Below, piece by piece: positions 31,165-39,939 of a stretch of 53,570 bases of DNA. The first letter of the stretch is position 1. Each line of letters starts with the position of its first letter. A program made the position numbers and the translations under genes. The notes under the pieces are model-generated. The model was not told the DNA's origin and ran no database searches. It saw only the letters and a list, made by a program, of their open reading frames with translations. Source of the stretch: Nanobdellota archaeon (lineage in GTDB: Archaea > Nanobdellota > Nanobdellia > Parvarchaeales > Parvarchaeaceae); contig JAJZWM010000004.1 in NCBI GenBank assembly GCA_021846665.1, positions 1-53,570 on the forward strand, given 5' to 3'.

Positions 31165-31860
31165 ATGGATATAGAAGATTTTAATTTAAGATTTAAAAAA
31201 GGTTATAGAGCTGTTTTCGTTGGGGACTACGCTGTTGTTGGTGATATACATCTAGGCTTTGAAGAGGACATAAATAGTAATGGTTATAATATTTGGGAAA
31301 AAACTGATGAGATTACATCTCAAATAATAAACTTAGGAGCCAGAAAACTTATTTTGCTTGGTGATATAAGAAAGGAATATGAAGAGATAAAACCTAAGGA
31401 AGGAGGTGCACTTATAAAGTTTTTCTCAAGACTGGCAGACAATTTTGATGAGATAGTACTAACAAAAGGGAATCATGATGGGGGAATAGAGAAGATAACT
31501 AGCAGATTTAACAATATCTTAGTCAAAAATGAATTTATGTATAATAATATAGGATTTATGCATGGCCATAGTCTTCCTTCTTTAGAAATGGCAAGAGAAG
31601 CAGAAACTCTATGTATAAGTCATATTCATCCCTCATTTACTTTTAGGGATTCGAATGGAGTTTCATATAAAGAGGACTGTTTTTTCATGCTTAAAATAAA
31701 ACTTCCAAAGGAAAAATATCCTGGCTCAAAATTGAAAAGAGCTATAATAATACCGAAATTTAATCCTTACATAGGAAGCTCTACTGAAATAAGCAGTAGA
31801 GGGATAATGAGATATGCCGAAATAGATGGTAAGATGACTCTAGATTTGGTAGTTTTCTAA
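31165..31860 (+). CDS. Calcineurin-like metallophosphoesterase
   Basis: GDIHLG, LLGD, KGNHD, HGH, SHIHP. Confidence 0.9.
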   Translation: MDIEDFNLRFKKGYRAVFVGDYAVVGDIHLGFEEDINSNGYNIWEKTDEITSQIINLGARKLILLGDIRKEYEEIKPKEGGALIKFFSRLADNFDEIVLTKGNHDGGIEKITSRFNNILVKNEFMYNNIGFMHGHSLPSLEMAREAETLCISHIHPSFTFRDSNGVSYKEDCFFMLKIKLPKEKYPGSKLKRAIIIPKFNPYIGSSTEISSRGIMRYAEIDGKMTLDLVVF

Positions 31861-31900
31861 AAAAGAAGGGTTATAAATTTAAAATATTCTTATAAATACT

Positions 31901-32833
31901 ATGAGTCCAGAAGAATTTTGGTTTTTTGTAATAGGTATATTTGCATTATTAGCTCTCTTTCTTCTAAGTATATTTATACCAAGTATGTTTTATGCTTTTG
32001 CTATAATAGCAATCGTAGTGGCTGCAGTTATATTCTTTATAACTTTTGTAAAGAAATACAGCCAGTTCGAAAGAGGGATTATATTTAGGCTTGGTAAGTT
32101 TAATCGTATAGCTGGCCCTGGTTGGGCTATAGTTGTGCCTTTCTTTGAGGAAGAATACAAGAAAGTTGATGTTAGAGTGAAAATGGTAGACATAACGTCC
32201 TCTGATATATTTACAGCAGATGATCTTAAAATATCGTTAGAAGGTACTATATATTATCAGATAATAGACCCGGAAAAGGCAACGTTACAGATAGATAATT
32301 ATGGCCAGGGTTTATCTAATTTAGTACAGTCTGCAATAAGGAACGCAATAGCATCTTTAACTATGAGACAAGTTTTTGGAAGTCTTGATAGATTAAATGA
32401 TATACTTGCAGATGCAATAAGACATATGACGTGGAAATGGGGCATAGATGTTCCTTCAGTTCAATTGAGATCAGTTTCACCGTCAAATGAAGTTATACAG
32501 GCTATGCAGCAGCCAGAAATAGCAGCAAATCTGCTTCAGGCGCAAAGGTTTAAAGCAGAGGCACAGAAGATAGTTATGGAGGCAATAGGAGAAGGTAGCA
32601 AATCGCTTGATGATCGTTCAATCATGTATCTGTATCTTCAGGCTCTTAAACAGATAGGAGAATCAAGCTCTTCAAAGATAGTTTTACCGATGCAGTTTAT
32701 GCAAAACGCTGGAAGCATGCTTGGTGGGATGGCAGGACTTTCTACAACCGCACTTGCTTCTCTTGGTGGGCAGGAAAATATCCAGAACGTTATAAATAAG
32801 ATAAAGGAGAAAATATCTCAGACTAACCCTTGA
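31901..32833 (+). CDS. SPFH/band-7 (stomatin/prohibitin-like) membrane protein
   Basis: N-terminal TMs, ERGIIFRLGKF...GPG, VDVR, KWGIDV. Confidence 0.92.
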   Translation: MSPEEFWFFVIGIFALLALFLLSIFIPSMFYAFAIIAIVVAAVIFFITFVKKYSQFERGIIFRLGKFNRIAGPGWAIVVPFFEEEYKKVDVRVKMVDITSSDIFTADDLKISLEGTIYYQIIDPEKATLQIDNYGQGLSNLVQSAIRNAIASLTMRQVFGSLDRLNDILADAIRHMTWKWGIDVPSVQLRSVSPSNEVIQAMQQPEIAANLLQAQRFKAEAQKIVMEAIGEGSKSLDDRSIMYLYLQALKQIGESSSSKIVLPMQFMQNAGSMLGGMAGLSTTALASLGGQENIQNVINKIKEKISQTNP

Positions 32834-33543
32834 TTTAAGCCGTCTAATATATTGTAAACATCATGTAAGTTTTCTATTATAAAATCAGGTTTATATTTAG
32901 AAGTTTTCTTCTTCTCTTCGTTGTATCTATCAAAAAGTACAGTTTTCATGCCCGCTGCTTTTGCATTGTCTATATCTACTTCAGGAGTATCTCCTATGAA
33001 CAGTACTTCATATGTTTTAAGTTTCAGCATTGCAGCCGTTTTTTTAAATGCATTTGGGTCATGTTTGTTTTCGGGTATGTTGTTCTTTGCAATTACCTTT
33101 GCATCAAACTTTTCATTGTAATCAAATTTATCCAAAGTTCTTTTTTTAAGGCCAGGATATAAGCCTTCTCCTGTTAATATCCCTAGCTTTAAGTTCATCT
33201 TTTTAAGCCTGTCTAATGTTTCTTCTACCTCCTCTGTAAATTCCATTCTGTTAATAAGGTGGCTCTCAAAAATTTCTGAATAAGTATCTATTTTTTTTGT
33301 ATCAATGTTTAGGCCACTTTCCTCCGCAAATAGCTCGTAGAAAAGTCTTTTGTATCTTTTAAGAGGGTCTAGGTTATCAAACCTTTTTTGAACTTTTTTT
33401 AGTATACTGTCAAATTTTTTCAAATCAATTGTTTTAAAATCCTCCTGAATCTTGTTTAAAACTAGTTTATTAGCATCGTCTATTGTTTTTGAAGAGTTAA
33501 TTAAAGTATTGTCAAAATCAAATATTATCCCCTTTATTTTCAT
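32818..33543 (-). CDS. HAD-superfamily hydrolase; start corrected to 33543
   Basis: MKIKGIIFDFDNTL, LGILT, K.DP, FIGDTPEVDI..AKAAGM; the ORF-track extension runs through a tRNA. Confidence 0.9.
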   Translation of the reverse strand: MKIKGIIFDFDNTLINSSKTIDDANKLVLNKIQEDFKTIDLKKFDSILKKVQKRFDNLDPLKRYKRLFYELFAEESGLNIDTKKIDTYSEIFESHLINRMEFTEEVEETLDRLKKMNLKLGILTGEGLYPGLKKRTLDKFDYNEKFDAKVIAKNNIPENKHDPNAFKKTAAMLKLKTYEVLFIGDTPEVDIDNAKAAGMKTVLFDRYNEEKKKTSKYKPDFIIENLHDVYNILDGLNQGLV

Positions 33544-33554
33544 ATTATACAACA

Positions 33555-33626
33555 AGCCTCCGACGGGTGCTGGCCCCGCGACCTTCTGCTTACAAGGCAG
33601 ACGCTCTACCGCTGAGCTACGGAGGC
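33555..33626 (-). tRNA. tRNA-Thr(UGU) with non-canonical T-loop (GCCAGCA)
   Basis: GCCTCCG/CGGAGGC acceptor, U73, D arm GCTC-AGCGGTA-GAGC, anticodon arm TCTGC-CTTGTAA-GCAGA, T arm GCGGG-GCCAGCA-CCCGT. Confidence 0.85.
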
Positions 33627-33693
33627 TCAATACGGTATTGATATTCTATTACATTAAAGTAAACTTATATATTTTATGTTTAACGTTTAAACT

Positions 33694-34323
33694 ATGTTAA
33701 TAATGGAAGAATATGAGATTATAGAGCACCTTAAATCAGGATCGGATATTACAGCAAATAAATTTTTAATAGTTGCAATAAATTACAAAGAACCTACATA
33801 CATAAAATTTGAAAGCGATGTTGACTTTAAAGTAGGAGATAAAGTAAACGTAGAAAATAATGATATTTTTTTTAATGAGAAAAATGTAGGTCACATAAAG
33901 GAAATAAGAAGAGCAAGCGAAATAAAGATAGACACAAGGTATGATATAAAGTACACTGGGGGGTATTCAGTAGATGGCAAAAAAGTATACCTAGATGAGC
34001 ATTTCCCAAAGAATATAACTGTTGATGGGAAAATTATTGATACTGTAGAAAGCATTGACAGGCATCATGAAGTTACTGAGAAATGGCTAATAGACGATGC
34101 GTATGAATATGCGTATGCGCATGAAATTGCAACTAAAATCGAGAGAGAGTACATAGAATCCTTAGGTGTAAATTGGGATGACTATTGCAAAGAAGTCAAT
34201 AAAAACCTACACGAAGTTTACATGTCAAAAGCGGAAAAAACTCCATCAGATTTGGATCTTGCACCTTATTTCTATTCAAAGGACGAAAAGGCATTGAAGG
34301 AAATACGGGAAACTAAACAGTAA
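33694..34323 (+). CDS. Hypothetical protein with a putative metal-binding HE..E / Y..AH..A motif
   Basis: YDIKYTGGYSVDGKKVYLD, HHEVTEKWL, YAYAHEIA, P.DLDL.PY; start may be 33703. Confidence 0.7.
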   Translation: MLIMEEYEIIEHLKSGSDITANKFLIVAINYKEPTYIKFESDVDFKVGDKVNVENNDIFFNEKNVGHIKEIRRASEIKIDTRYDIKYTGGYSVDGKKVYLDEHFPKNITVDGKIIDTVESIDRHHEVTEKWLIDDAYEYAYAHEIATKIEREYIESLGVNWDDYCKEVNKNLHEVYMSKAEKTPSDLDLAPYFYSKDEKALKEIRETKQ

Positions 34324-34380
34324 CATTTGCTTTTATTCCAGTAGGCTAAAGAATTAATTCCATAGCTTCATAACTTTTGT

Positions 34381-35130
34381 ATGGAAGATAAATTCATAGA
34401 TGTGCATGCTCATATAAGTGACAGGTCATTGGAAAAGATAAGGAATAATTTCCTAGAAAGCATTTCTAATTCTTATTTGATATTGAATTCTGGAGAAAAT
34501 AAAGATGATAGCGAAAGAATCCTTAAAGACAGTAAAATGTATCCTTTTTTACTTCCATGTATAGGTCTGCATCCCAATGAAATAGCCTATAAATCATATA
34601 AAATTATACAAGAGGAGTTTGATTTCTTTTCAAGGAACATAGGTCAATTTTTTGCTGTCTCAGAAATAGGCTTAGATTATAAAAGCAAGGATATATATCA
34701 GATAGAGCAGGAAAAGGAATTCCTCTATAGAATATTAGAACAAGCAGAGAAAAACAATAAAGTTTGTATAATTCACAGTAGAAAAGCCATAGAGGATGTT
34801 TTTGATGTAGTTTCAAGCTTTAATATAAAGGTAATACTCCATAATTTTGAGGGTAATCTCAGAAACCTTAACAGGGCGCAGGAACTTGGAATAAACATAA
34901 GTATTTCAACAGGTTTTATGAAATTCAAGAAGGAAAATATAATAAAGAATGTTAATGTAGATAAACTGTTTACTGAAACAGATTCACCGGCATTAAGCCC
35001 TGATAGTAATATAAATACTCCTTTGAATATACCTAAACTATTAAATTACATATCTAGTATAAAAAAGATGGAGGCAGAGCAAATAAAATCCATAGTTTAC
35101 AAAAACTTTCGCAGGTTGTTTTATGATTGA
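34381..35130 (+). CDS. tatD: TatD-family nuclease
   Basis: DVHAH, GLHP, SEIGLD, IIHSR, LH, ETDSP. Confidence 0.93.
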   Translation: MEDKFIDVHAHISDRSLEKIRNNFLESISNSYLILNSGENKDDSERILKDSKMYPFLLPCIGLHPNEIAYKSYKIIQEEFDFFSRNIGQFFAVSEIGLDYKSKDIYQIEQEKEFLYRILEQAEKNNKVCIIHSRKAIEDVFDVVSSFNIKVILHNFEGNLRNLNRAQELGINISISTGFMKFKKENIIKNVNVDKLFTETDSPALSPDSNINTPLNIPKLLNYISSIKKMEAEQIKSIVYKNFRRLFYD

Positions 35131-36037
35131 AGGTACATTTATTGGCACAAGTTCAGCGTTTCCTACAGTGAAAAGGAATCATCCTGCAGTTTATATAATG
35201 ATAAACGGGGAAAGAATGCTGTTTGACTGTGGAGAAGGAACGCAGAGACAGATACGAAAAGCAGGATTAAGTCCTTCTATAGACAGTATCTTTATAACAC
35301 ATTGGCATGGGGATCACTCCCTTGGCTTGGGAGGAATAATACAGAGCCTTAACATGATGAAAAGCAATAAAAGACTAAATATATTTGGACCAAGTGGCAC
35401 TGAGCAGGGCATAAAAAATATATTGATGACATATAGGTTCTATAATCAGTTGGATATAAAATCAAAGTCAATAAATGCACCAAAAGAAAAGAAAATATTT
35501 GAAAGAGATAAATACACCGTTTCAGCAATAAACATAGAACATTCGGTTAAATGTCTTGCTTATAAAATAAAAGAGAAAGATGTACGTAATATTTCAGTTG
35601 AAAAACTAGCTGAAAAGGGAATAAAATCAGGTAAATTTTTAAGTAAACTTAAGGAAGGAAAGGATGTCATTTATAATGGCATAAAACTAAAATATAAAGA
35701 TTTTACTTACTTAAAGAAAGGAAAGTCTCTTGCGTATGTTACAGATTTAAGATACAATCGTAACGTAATACCTTTTATAAAGAGTGTAGACACATTGATA
35801 ATAGAAAGTACCTTTGGGGAAGAATTCCAGAAATCATATGAATTTTTTCATCTCAATATAAAAGAGGCAATATCGCTTGCAAAGAGTTCAGGCGCAAAGG
35901 AAGTTTTCTTTGTTCATACAAGTCAGAGGTATGAAAATGATGACTCGCTGGTTAAAAGTGCTGCAGCTCTTTACTCTAAAATGAAGTGCACCTTCAAATA
36001 CTCTTTTCCAGATGACTTTGATAAATTTTCATTGTAA
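35123..36037 (+). CDS. rnz: Ribonuclease Z
   Basis: GTSSAFPT..RNH, FDCGEGTQRQ, THWHGDH, flexible-arm exosite, ESTF, VHTSQRY. Confidence 0.95.
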   Translation: MIEGTFIGTSSAFPTVKRNHPAVYIMINGERMLFDCGEGTQRQIRKAGLSPSIDSIFITHWHGDHSLGLGGIIQSLNMMKSNKRLNIFGPSGTEQGIKNILMTYRFYNQLDIKSKSINAPKEKKIFERDKYTVSAINIEHSVKCLAYKIKEKDVRNISVEKLAEKGIKSGKFLSKLKEGKDVIYNGIKLKYKDFTYLKKGKSLAYVTDLRYNRNVIPFIKSVDTLIIESTFGEEFQKSYEFFHLNIKEAISLAKSSGAKEVFFVHTSQRYENDDSLVKSAAALYSKMKCTFKYSFPDDFDKFSL

Positions 36038-36099
36038 TCTCTGTTTCGCATAAATATAATAGAAACTTATTTAAATTTACTCCTCTTTATAAAAAGGAT

Positions 36100-37128
36100 A
36101 TGAATTCGTTAACAGTAAGCGTTATAGGACCATATAGATCTGGGAAGTCGACTCTTGTAAACAAGCTGCAGCAAAGAAAAGGTGCAGAAGAAGATGTTTC
36201 TTTCTTTTTCTTCAAATACGGTGGAAAAAATGTTACTTTGATAGATACACCTGGAGATATGGACAATCCAACAACTTTAGCTTCAGTTCTTACTCTTTCA
36301 GATGCCATAATATTTTGTGTTTCCCCAGAGAATGGTATTAATCCTCAAGTCGGTGAACAGATAATAATGGCCAGCTCAATTGGTATAAAACAGGGCTTAA
36401 TATGTATAACAAAGGCGGACATATCAACTACAGCAGATATAGAAAAGTTACAAAATCAATTGTCTGCGATAATAAAAGGTACTTCGATGGAAAATTTCGA
36501 GGTAATGGTTGTTGACATAAACAATGATCAGAGTATGGCGGATATACGTGCGAAAGTTTCAGGTTTTTCTTATGAATCAGAAAATATACAAAAACCGTTT
36601 AAAATATTAATAGACCATGCTTTTGAATCAAAAGGCATGTCAATTGCAGTAGGAACAATGCCTACTGGAAAGATAGGTATACATTCTGAGGGAGTAATTG
36701 CGCCTACTCCTTTTACAAAGGAAATTTCGATAAACTCAATTCAAATCAATCAGGAAGATGTACAGTCTGCAGAGGCTGGAGATAGGGTAGGCGTTGCAAT
36801 AAAAGGTGTTTGGCCTTGGGATTTACCAAAAGGAGTTGAGATAAGAAAAAGTGGTAGTTTTAAGGATATAAATGAAGGCGAATTAACTGTTGATGTAAGC
36901 CCATTATATAAGCAGGAAATTAAGGATGACATAAAACTAAACTTAATATTGAACTGGCAGAATTTAGTTGTTACTTTAAGTAATGTAAAAAGTGAAAATA
37001 ATAAAGTAACAGCACATTTTGTTGCAGATAAGAATTTCTGCTTTGACGAAAATGATAAAATGGTGCTAATAAATAAGGATCTGCCTATAAGATTTTTAAG
37101 AGTAGTCGGGAAAACTTCTATAATTTAA
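36100..37128 (+). CDS. SelB/EF-Tu-like translational GTPase (aSelBL-like)
   Basis: GPYRSGKST, DTPG, TKAD; domain II IDHAF...INSIQ...AEAGDRVGVAIKG. Confidence 0.8.
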   Translation: MNSLTVSVIGPYRSGKSTLVNKLQQRKGAEEDVSFFFFKYGGKNVTLIDTPGDMDNPTTLASVLTLSDAIIFCVSPENGINPQVGEQIIMASSIGIKQGLICITKADISTTADIEKLQNQLSAIIKGTSMENFEVMVVDINNDQSMADIRAKVSGFSYESENIQKPFKILIDHAFESKGMSIAVGTMPTGKIGIHSEGVIAPTPFTKEISINSIQINQEDVQSAEAGDRVGVAIKGVWPWDLPKGVEIRKSGSFKDINEGELTVDVSPLYKQEIKDDIKLNLILNWQNLVVTLSNVKSENNKVTAHFVADKNFCFDENDKMVLINKDLPIRFLRVVGKTSII

Positions 37129-37159
37129 ATTTTTATAATATAAAATAAATATCTATTCT

Positions 37160-38143
37160 ATGTCAGATACCTTTAAAGGGGAAGAGATAAGGATAGATTA
37201 TAGAACTGGAGTAAAAATTATCTTCTCTAATGTAAGAAATAACAAACCTACCGATTTTTCTGAGTTGTCTGACAAGTGGGAATCTGATGTTTCGAAGTGT
37301 CCATTTGAATATGGAAAGGAAAGTTTAAACAAGACAATAAAACTTGTTGGAGGAGATGAGCATTCTTGGAAATTGAAGGTGATAGAGAACAAGTTCCCAT
37401 TACTTGCTCCTCAATTTGATTTTTTACCTAAAGATAAATTTTTAAAGGAGGAACCTGCTTTTGGTTACTGTGAGGTTATATTTGAAACGCCATTGCATAA
37501 CGTAAGATTTTCTCAATTAGAAAAAGAGGATTATCTGCGCTGGCTTGATGCAATAATAGAAAGAGAAAATGCGTTGTATTCTAGAGAAAGAATAAAATAC
37601 GTTTATACATTTAAGAATGAAGGACCAAGAAGCGGAGCCAGCCTATCACACGCTCATACTCAGATGATGGCCTTTGATGAGATTTCAAGAACTATAAAAG
37701 AAGAACAAGCAAAGATAAAGGAATTCTTTGATAAAGAAAAAGAATGTCTGTATGAGTATGCCGTTAAACAAGAAAAAGAAAGAATTCTAGCTGAAAACGA
37801 GACATTTATAGCTTTTGCACCTTTTGGTTCAAGGATAAGTGCAGAATCTGTTATTATGCCGAAAAGGCATATCAGTTATGTAGGGCTTTTATCTAAAGAG
37901 GAAAAATCAGATTTTATTGGAATTCTTTCTAAAATTATAAAAATTAATGATTCAATCTTTGGCAAGCTTTCATATAATCTGCTGTTTCATGAACTTAAAT
38001 CAGATGACATGTTTCATTTTCATGTTGAGATATATCCAAGGGTAATAACATTTGCTTCTATAGAGTTCGCTGGTTTTAATACTAATCAGATATTTCCGGA
38101 GAGTTATGTAAAAACTTTTTTAGAGAAAAGTAGTTTAGAATAA
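37160..38143 (+). CDS. galT: Galactose-1-phosphate uridylyltransferase (GalT-type HIT)
   Basis: CPF, VIENKFP, FKNEG..SGASLSHAHTQ, FHFHVEIYPR. Confidence 0.85.
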   Translation: MSDTFKGEEIRIDYRTGVKIIFSNVRNNKPTDFSELSDKWESDVSKCPFEYGKESLNKTIKLVGGDEHSWKLKVIENKFPLLAPQFDFLPKDKFLKEEPAFGYCEVIFETPLHNVRFSQLEKEDYLRWLDAIIERENALYSRERIKYVYTFKNEGPRSGASLSHAHTQMMAFDEISRTIKEEQAKIKEFFDKEKECLYEYAVKQEKERILAENETFIAFAPFGSRISAESVIMPKRHISYVGLLSKEEKSDFIGILSKIIKINDSIFGKLSYNLLFHELKSDDMFHFHVEIYPRVITFASIEFAGFNTNQIFPESYVKTFLEKSSLE

Positions 38144-38150
38144 ATAATAT

Positions 38151-39095
38151 CTATACCCGTTTGGACCCTTTAAATTTAAGTATTTCTTGATTTACTATAT
38201 CTCTTAAATTTGTATCATAGTTTTTGATTCCAAGTGTAAATGCACTTATGTTTTCAGGCCTTAGATTTATTTCAAGCCAATTGTTAATTCTTCCAAAGTC
38301 TAAGGATTCATATTTAGTCTTGTCTATCTCTATTCCGTGGGCAGTTTTACCTTCTTTTATTATCTGGTCATTTATTGCATCTGTAATGTGTTTTTCTTGA
38401 TTTGTGCCATCTAAAACGTTTTTCATATATCCCGTGCTTCTTGAGTTTAATATGTATAAACCCCCTCCCATAGCATCATATCTTTCTTTTTCTCCGAATT
38501 TATCAATAAGGCATTCTTTTGATGGTTTTTCTTTTGCTTCATATATCTCAAGGATATCTTCTAGTTTTCTTGTTTTTATAATACCACAACTTTGTGCTTT
38601 TTTCTCGTCCACTAACTCTGTTGAAACAACTACATTTCCATCAAATTTGCTTAATAGGTAGGGTATAAAGCTTTCTCCGCTCTTTTTGTCTACGACTAAG
38701 TTATCCCCCATTACTACAATGTAATTGCTGTTTGTAAGCATATCAGCTGCTGCAGCGACAGCGGCTGCTGGTCCTTTTGGTTTTTTGATTTTTTCATCAT
38801 TTTCTTGGTATATTAAATTTATTTTTATGTCCTTATCATAGTTATTAAGTTCCTTCTCAAGCGTTTTTATGTAATCATTTTGTATTTTAAATGCATAATT
38901 ATTGTCTTCATCTTTTCTAGTGACTACAATTATGTCTTTTATTCCTGCGTACAAGAGATTGTTTATATGATAGTACATTAACGGTTTGTCTTTATAAAGC
39001 ATCATCGTTTTAGGTATGAAGTTGGTAATCGGAAGAAGATGACTGCCGTTTCCAGCAGCTAGAATTACGGCTTTGCCGATTTTTTTATCCGCCAT
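38151..39095 (-). CDS. Sugar-1-phosphate nucleotidyltransferase (GalU/RmlA-like)
   Basis: KAVILAAGNGSHLLPIT..IPK, MGDN, EKP, ITDAI, DFG. Confidence 0.85.
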   Translation of the reverse strand: MADKKIGKAVILAAGNGSHLLPITNFIPKTMMLYKDKPLMYYHINNLLYAGIKDIIVVTRKDEDNNYAFKIQNDYIKTLEKELNNYDKDIKINLIYQENDEKIKKPKGPAAAVAAAADMLTNSNYIVVMGDNLVVDKKSGESFIPYLLSKFDGNVVVSTELVDEKKAQSCGIIKTRKLEDILEIYEAKEKPSKECLIDKFGEKERYDAMGGGLYILNSRSTGYMKNVLDGTNQEKHITDAINDQIIKEGKTAHGIEIDKTKYESLDFGRINNWLEINLRPENISAFTLGIKNYDTNLRDIVNQEILKFKGSKRV

Positions 39096-39156
39096 AATAT
39101 AATAGCTAGATGAAATAAACTCATATTAATACTTTCTTTTTATATTTTATGGCTAA

Positions 39157-39807
39157 TTAACCAAGAAGTATGTTTTCGATTATCAAAGCAGGCAATTTAT
39201 TTACAATTTCTCCTTCAAAATCAGTTTCTTTACTAAGAAGTTCATTTATTATCTTTTCAGCTTCTTCCTTTGAGATTTTTTCTTCACTTAAATCTTTACT
39301 AATTTCTCTGTATCTTACTGAGTCTATCATAGGGAAGTTTTCATACGTTTTTATATAAGCTGTCATTTCTTTTTTGTAATCCTTTTCTTTTTCAATGTTT
39401 ATAATCTCTTTCCATAGTTTAACCTCTTTTTCAGCGGTTTCATCGCTGTCCGAAGCGTGCACTAAATTGATTCCTTTTGTAGTGCCATACCTACCTCTTA
39501 TAGATAAAGGATCAGCCTTCTCGCACATCGTCTTTCCAAGCAGAGTTCTTACTTTTTCAACTACATTATCGCCACTTGCAATTACTACTGCAAGTTCAGT
39601 TGCAGACATGAAATTTACTAAATTATCATAAAAGAATTTTCCTTTATGTTCTACATAATGTCTGTCTGCAAGAAATTCCTTTTTTGGCTTTAATACCTGA
39701 AAAAAGTTTATATCTACTCCAAGTTCAAGTATACTTTTTAATGCTCTGGCACCTGAATATCTTCGTATCATTCCATCAGGTTTAAGCAATATCAACATCT
39801 CTTCCAT
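39157..39807 (-). CDS. ndk: Nucleoside-diphosphate kinase with a C-terminal extension
   Basis: LKPDG, HY.EHKGKFFY..LVNFM, SIRG.YG, NLVHASDS. Confidence 0.92.
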   Translation of the reverse strand: MEEMLILLKPDGMIRRYSGARALKSILELGVDINFFQVLKPKKEFLADRHYVEHKGKFFYDNLVNFMSATELAVVIASGDNVVEKVRTLLGKTMCEKADPLSIRGRYGTTKGINLVHASDSDETAEKEVKLWKEIINIEKEKDYKKEMTAYIKTYENFPMIDSVRYREISKDLSEEKISKEEAEKIINELLSKETDFEGEIVNKLPALIIENILLG

Positions 39808-39939
39808 TTTTTTATTAGCTTTCTATAATATAAATATTTTATATATTTTGGTATTGTGAGAGTTTCTTGTATTTTAAAAATTAGTTAACTTTATTAGTGA
39901 TAATAATCTATTTAATACAATTGTCTAGAGGTTTGAAAT

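Noticed and set aside
33555-33626. Intron or split-tRNA explanation for the odd T-loop
   Set aside because: The loop is the normal 7 nt and total length is 72 nt, with no bulge-helix-bulge or extra sequence
33544-33630. N-terminal extension of the HAD ORF (MSLRSSAVERLPCKQK...)
   Set aside because: It is the translated tRNA-Thr sequence; the HAD motif I begins right after the ATG at 33543
36100-37128. True SelB with selenocysteine recoding, or an alternative genetic code
   Set aside because: No domain IV; recognised proteins are full length under the standard code, and TAA, TAG and TGA all serve as stops
37630-37670. GalT motif HAHTQ as a sign of inactivation
   Set aside because: The nucleophilic second His and the Gln are retained; only the Pro differs
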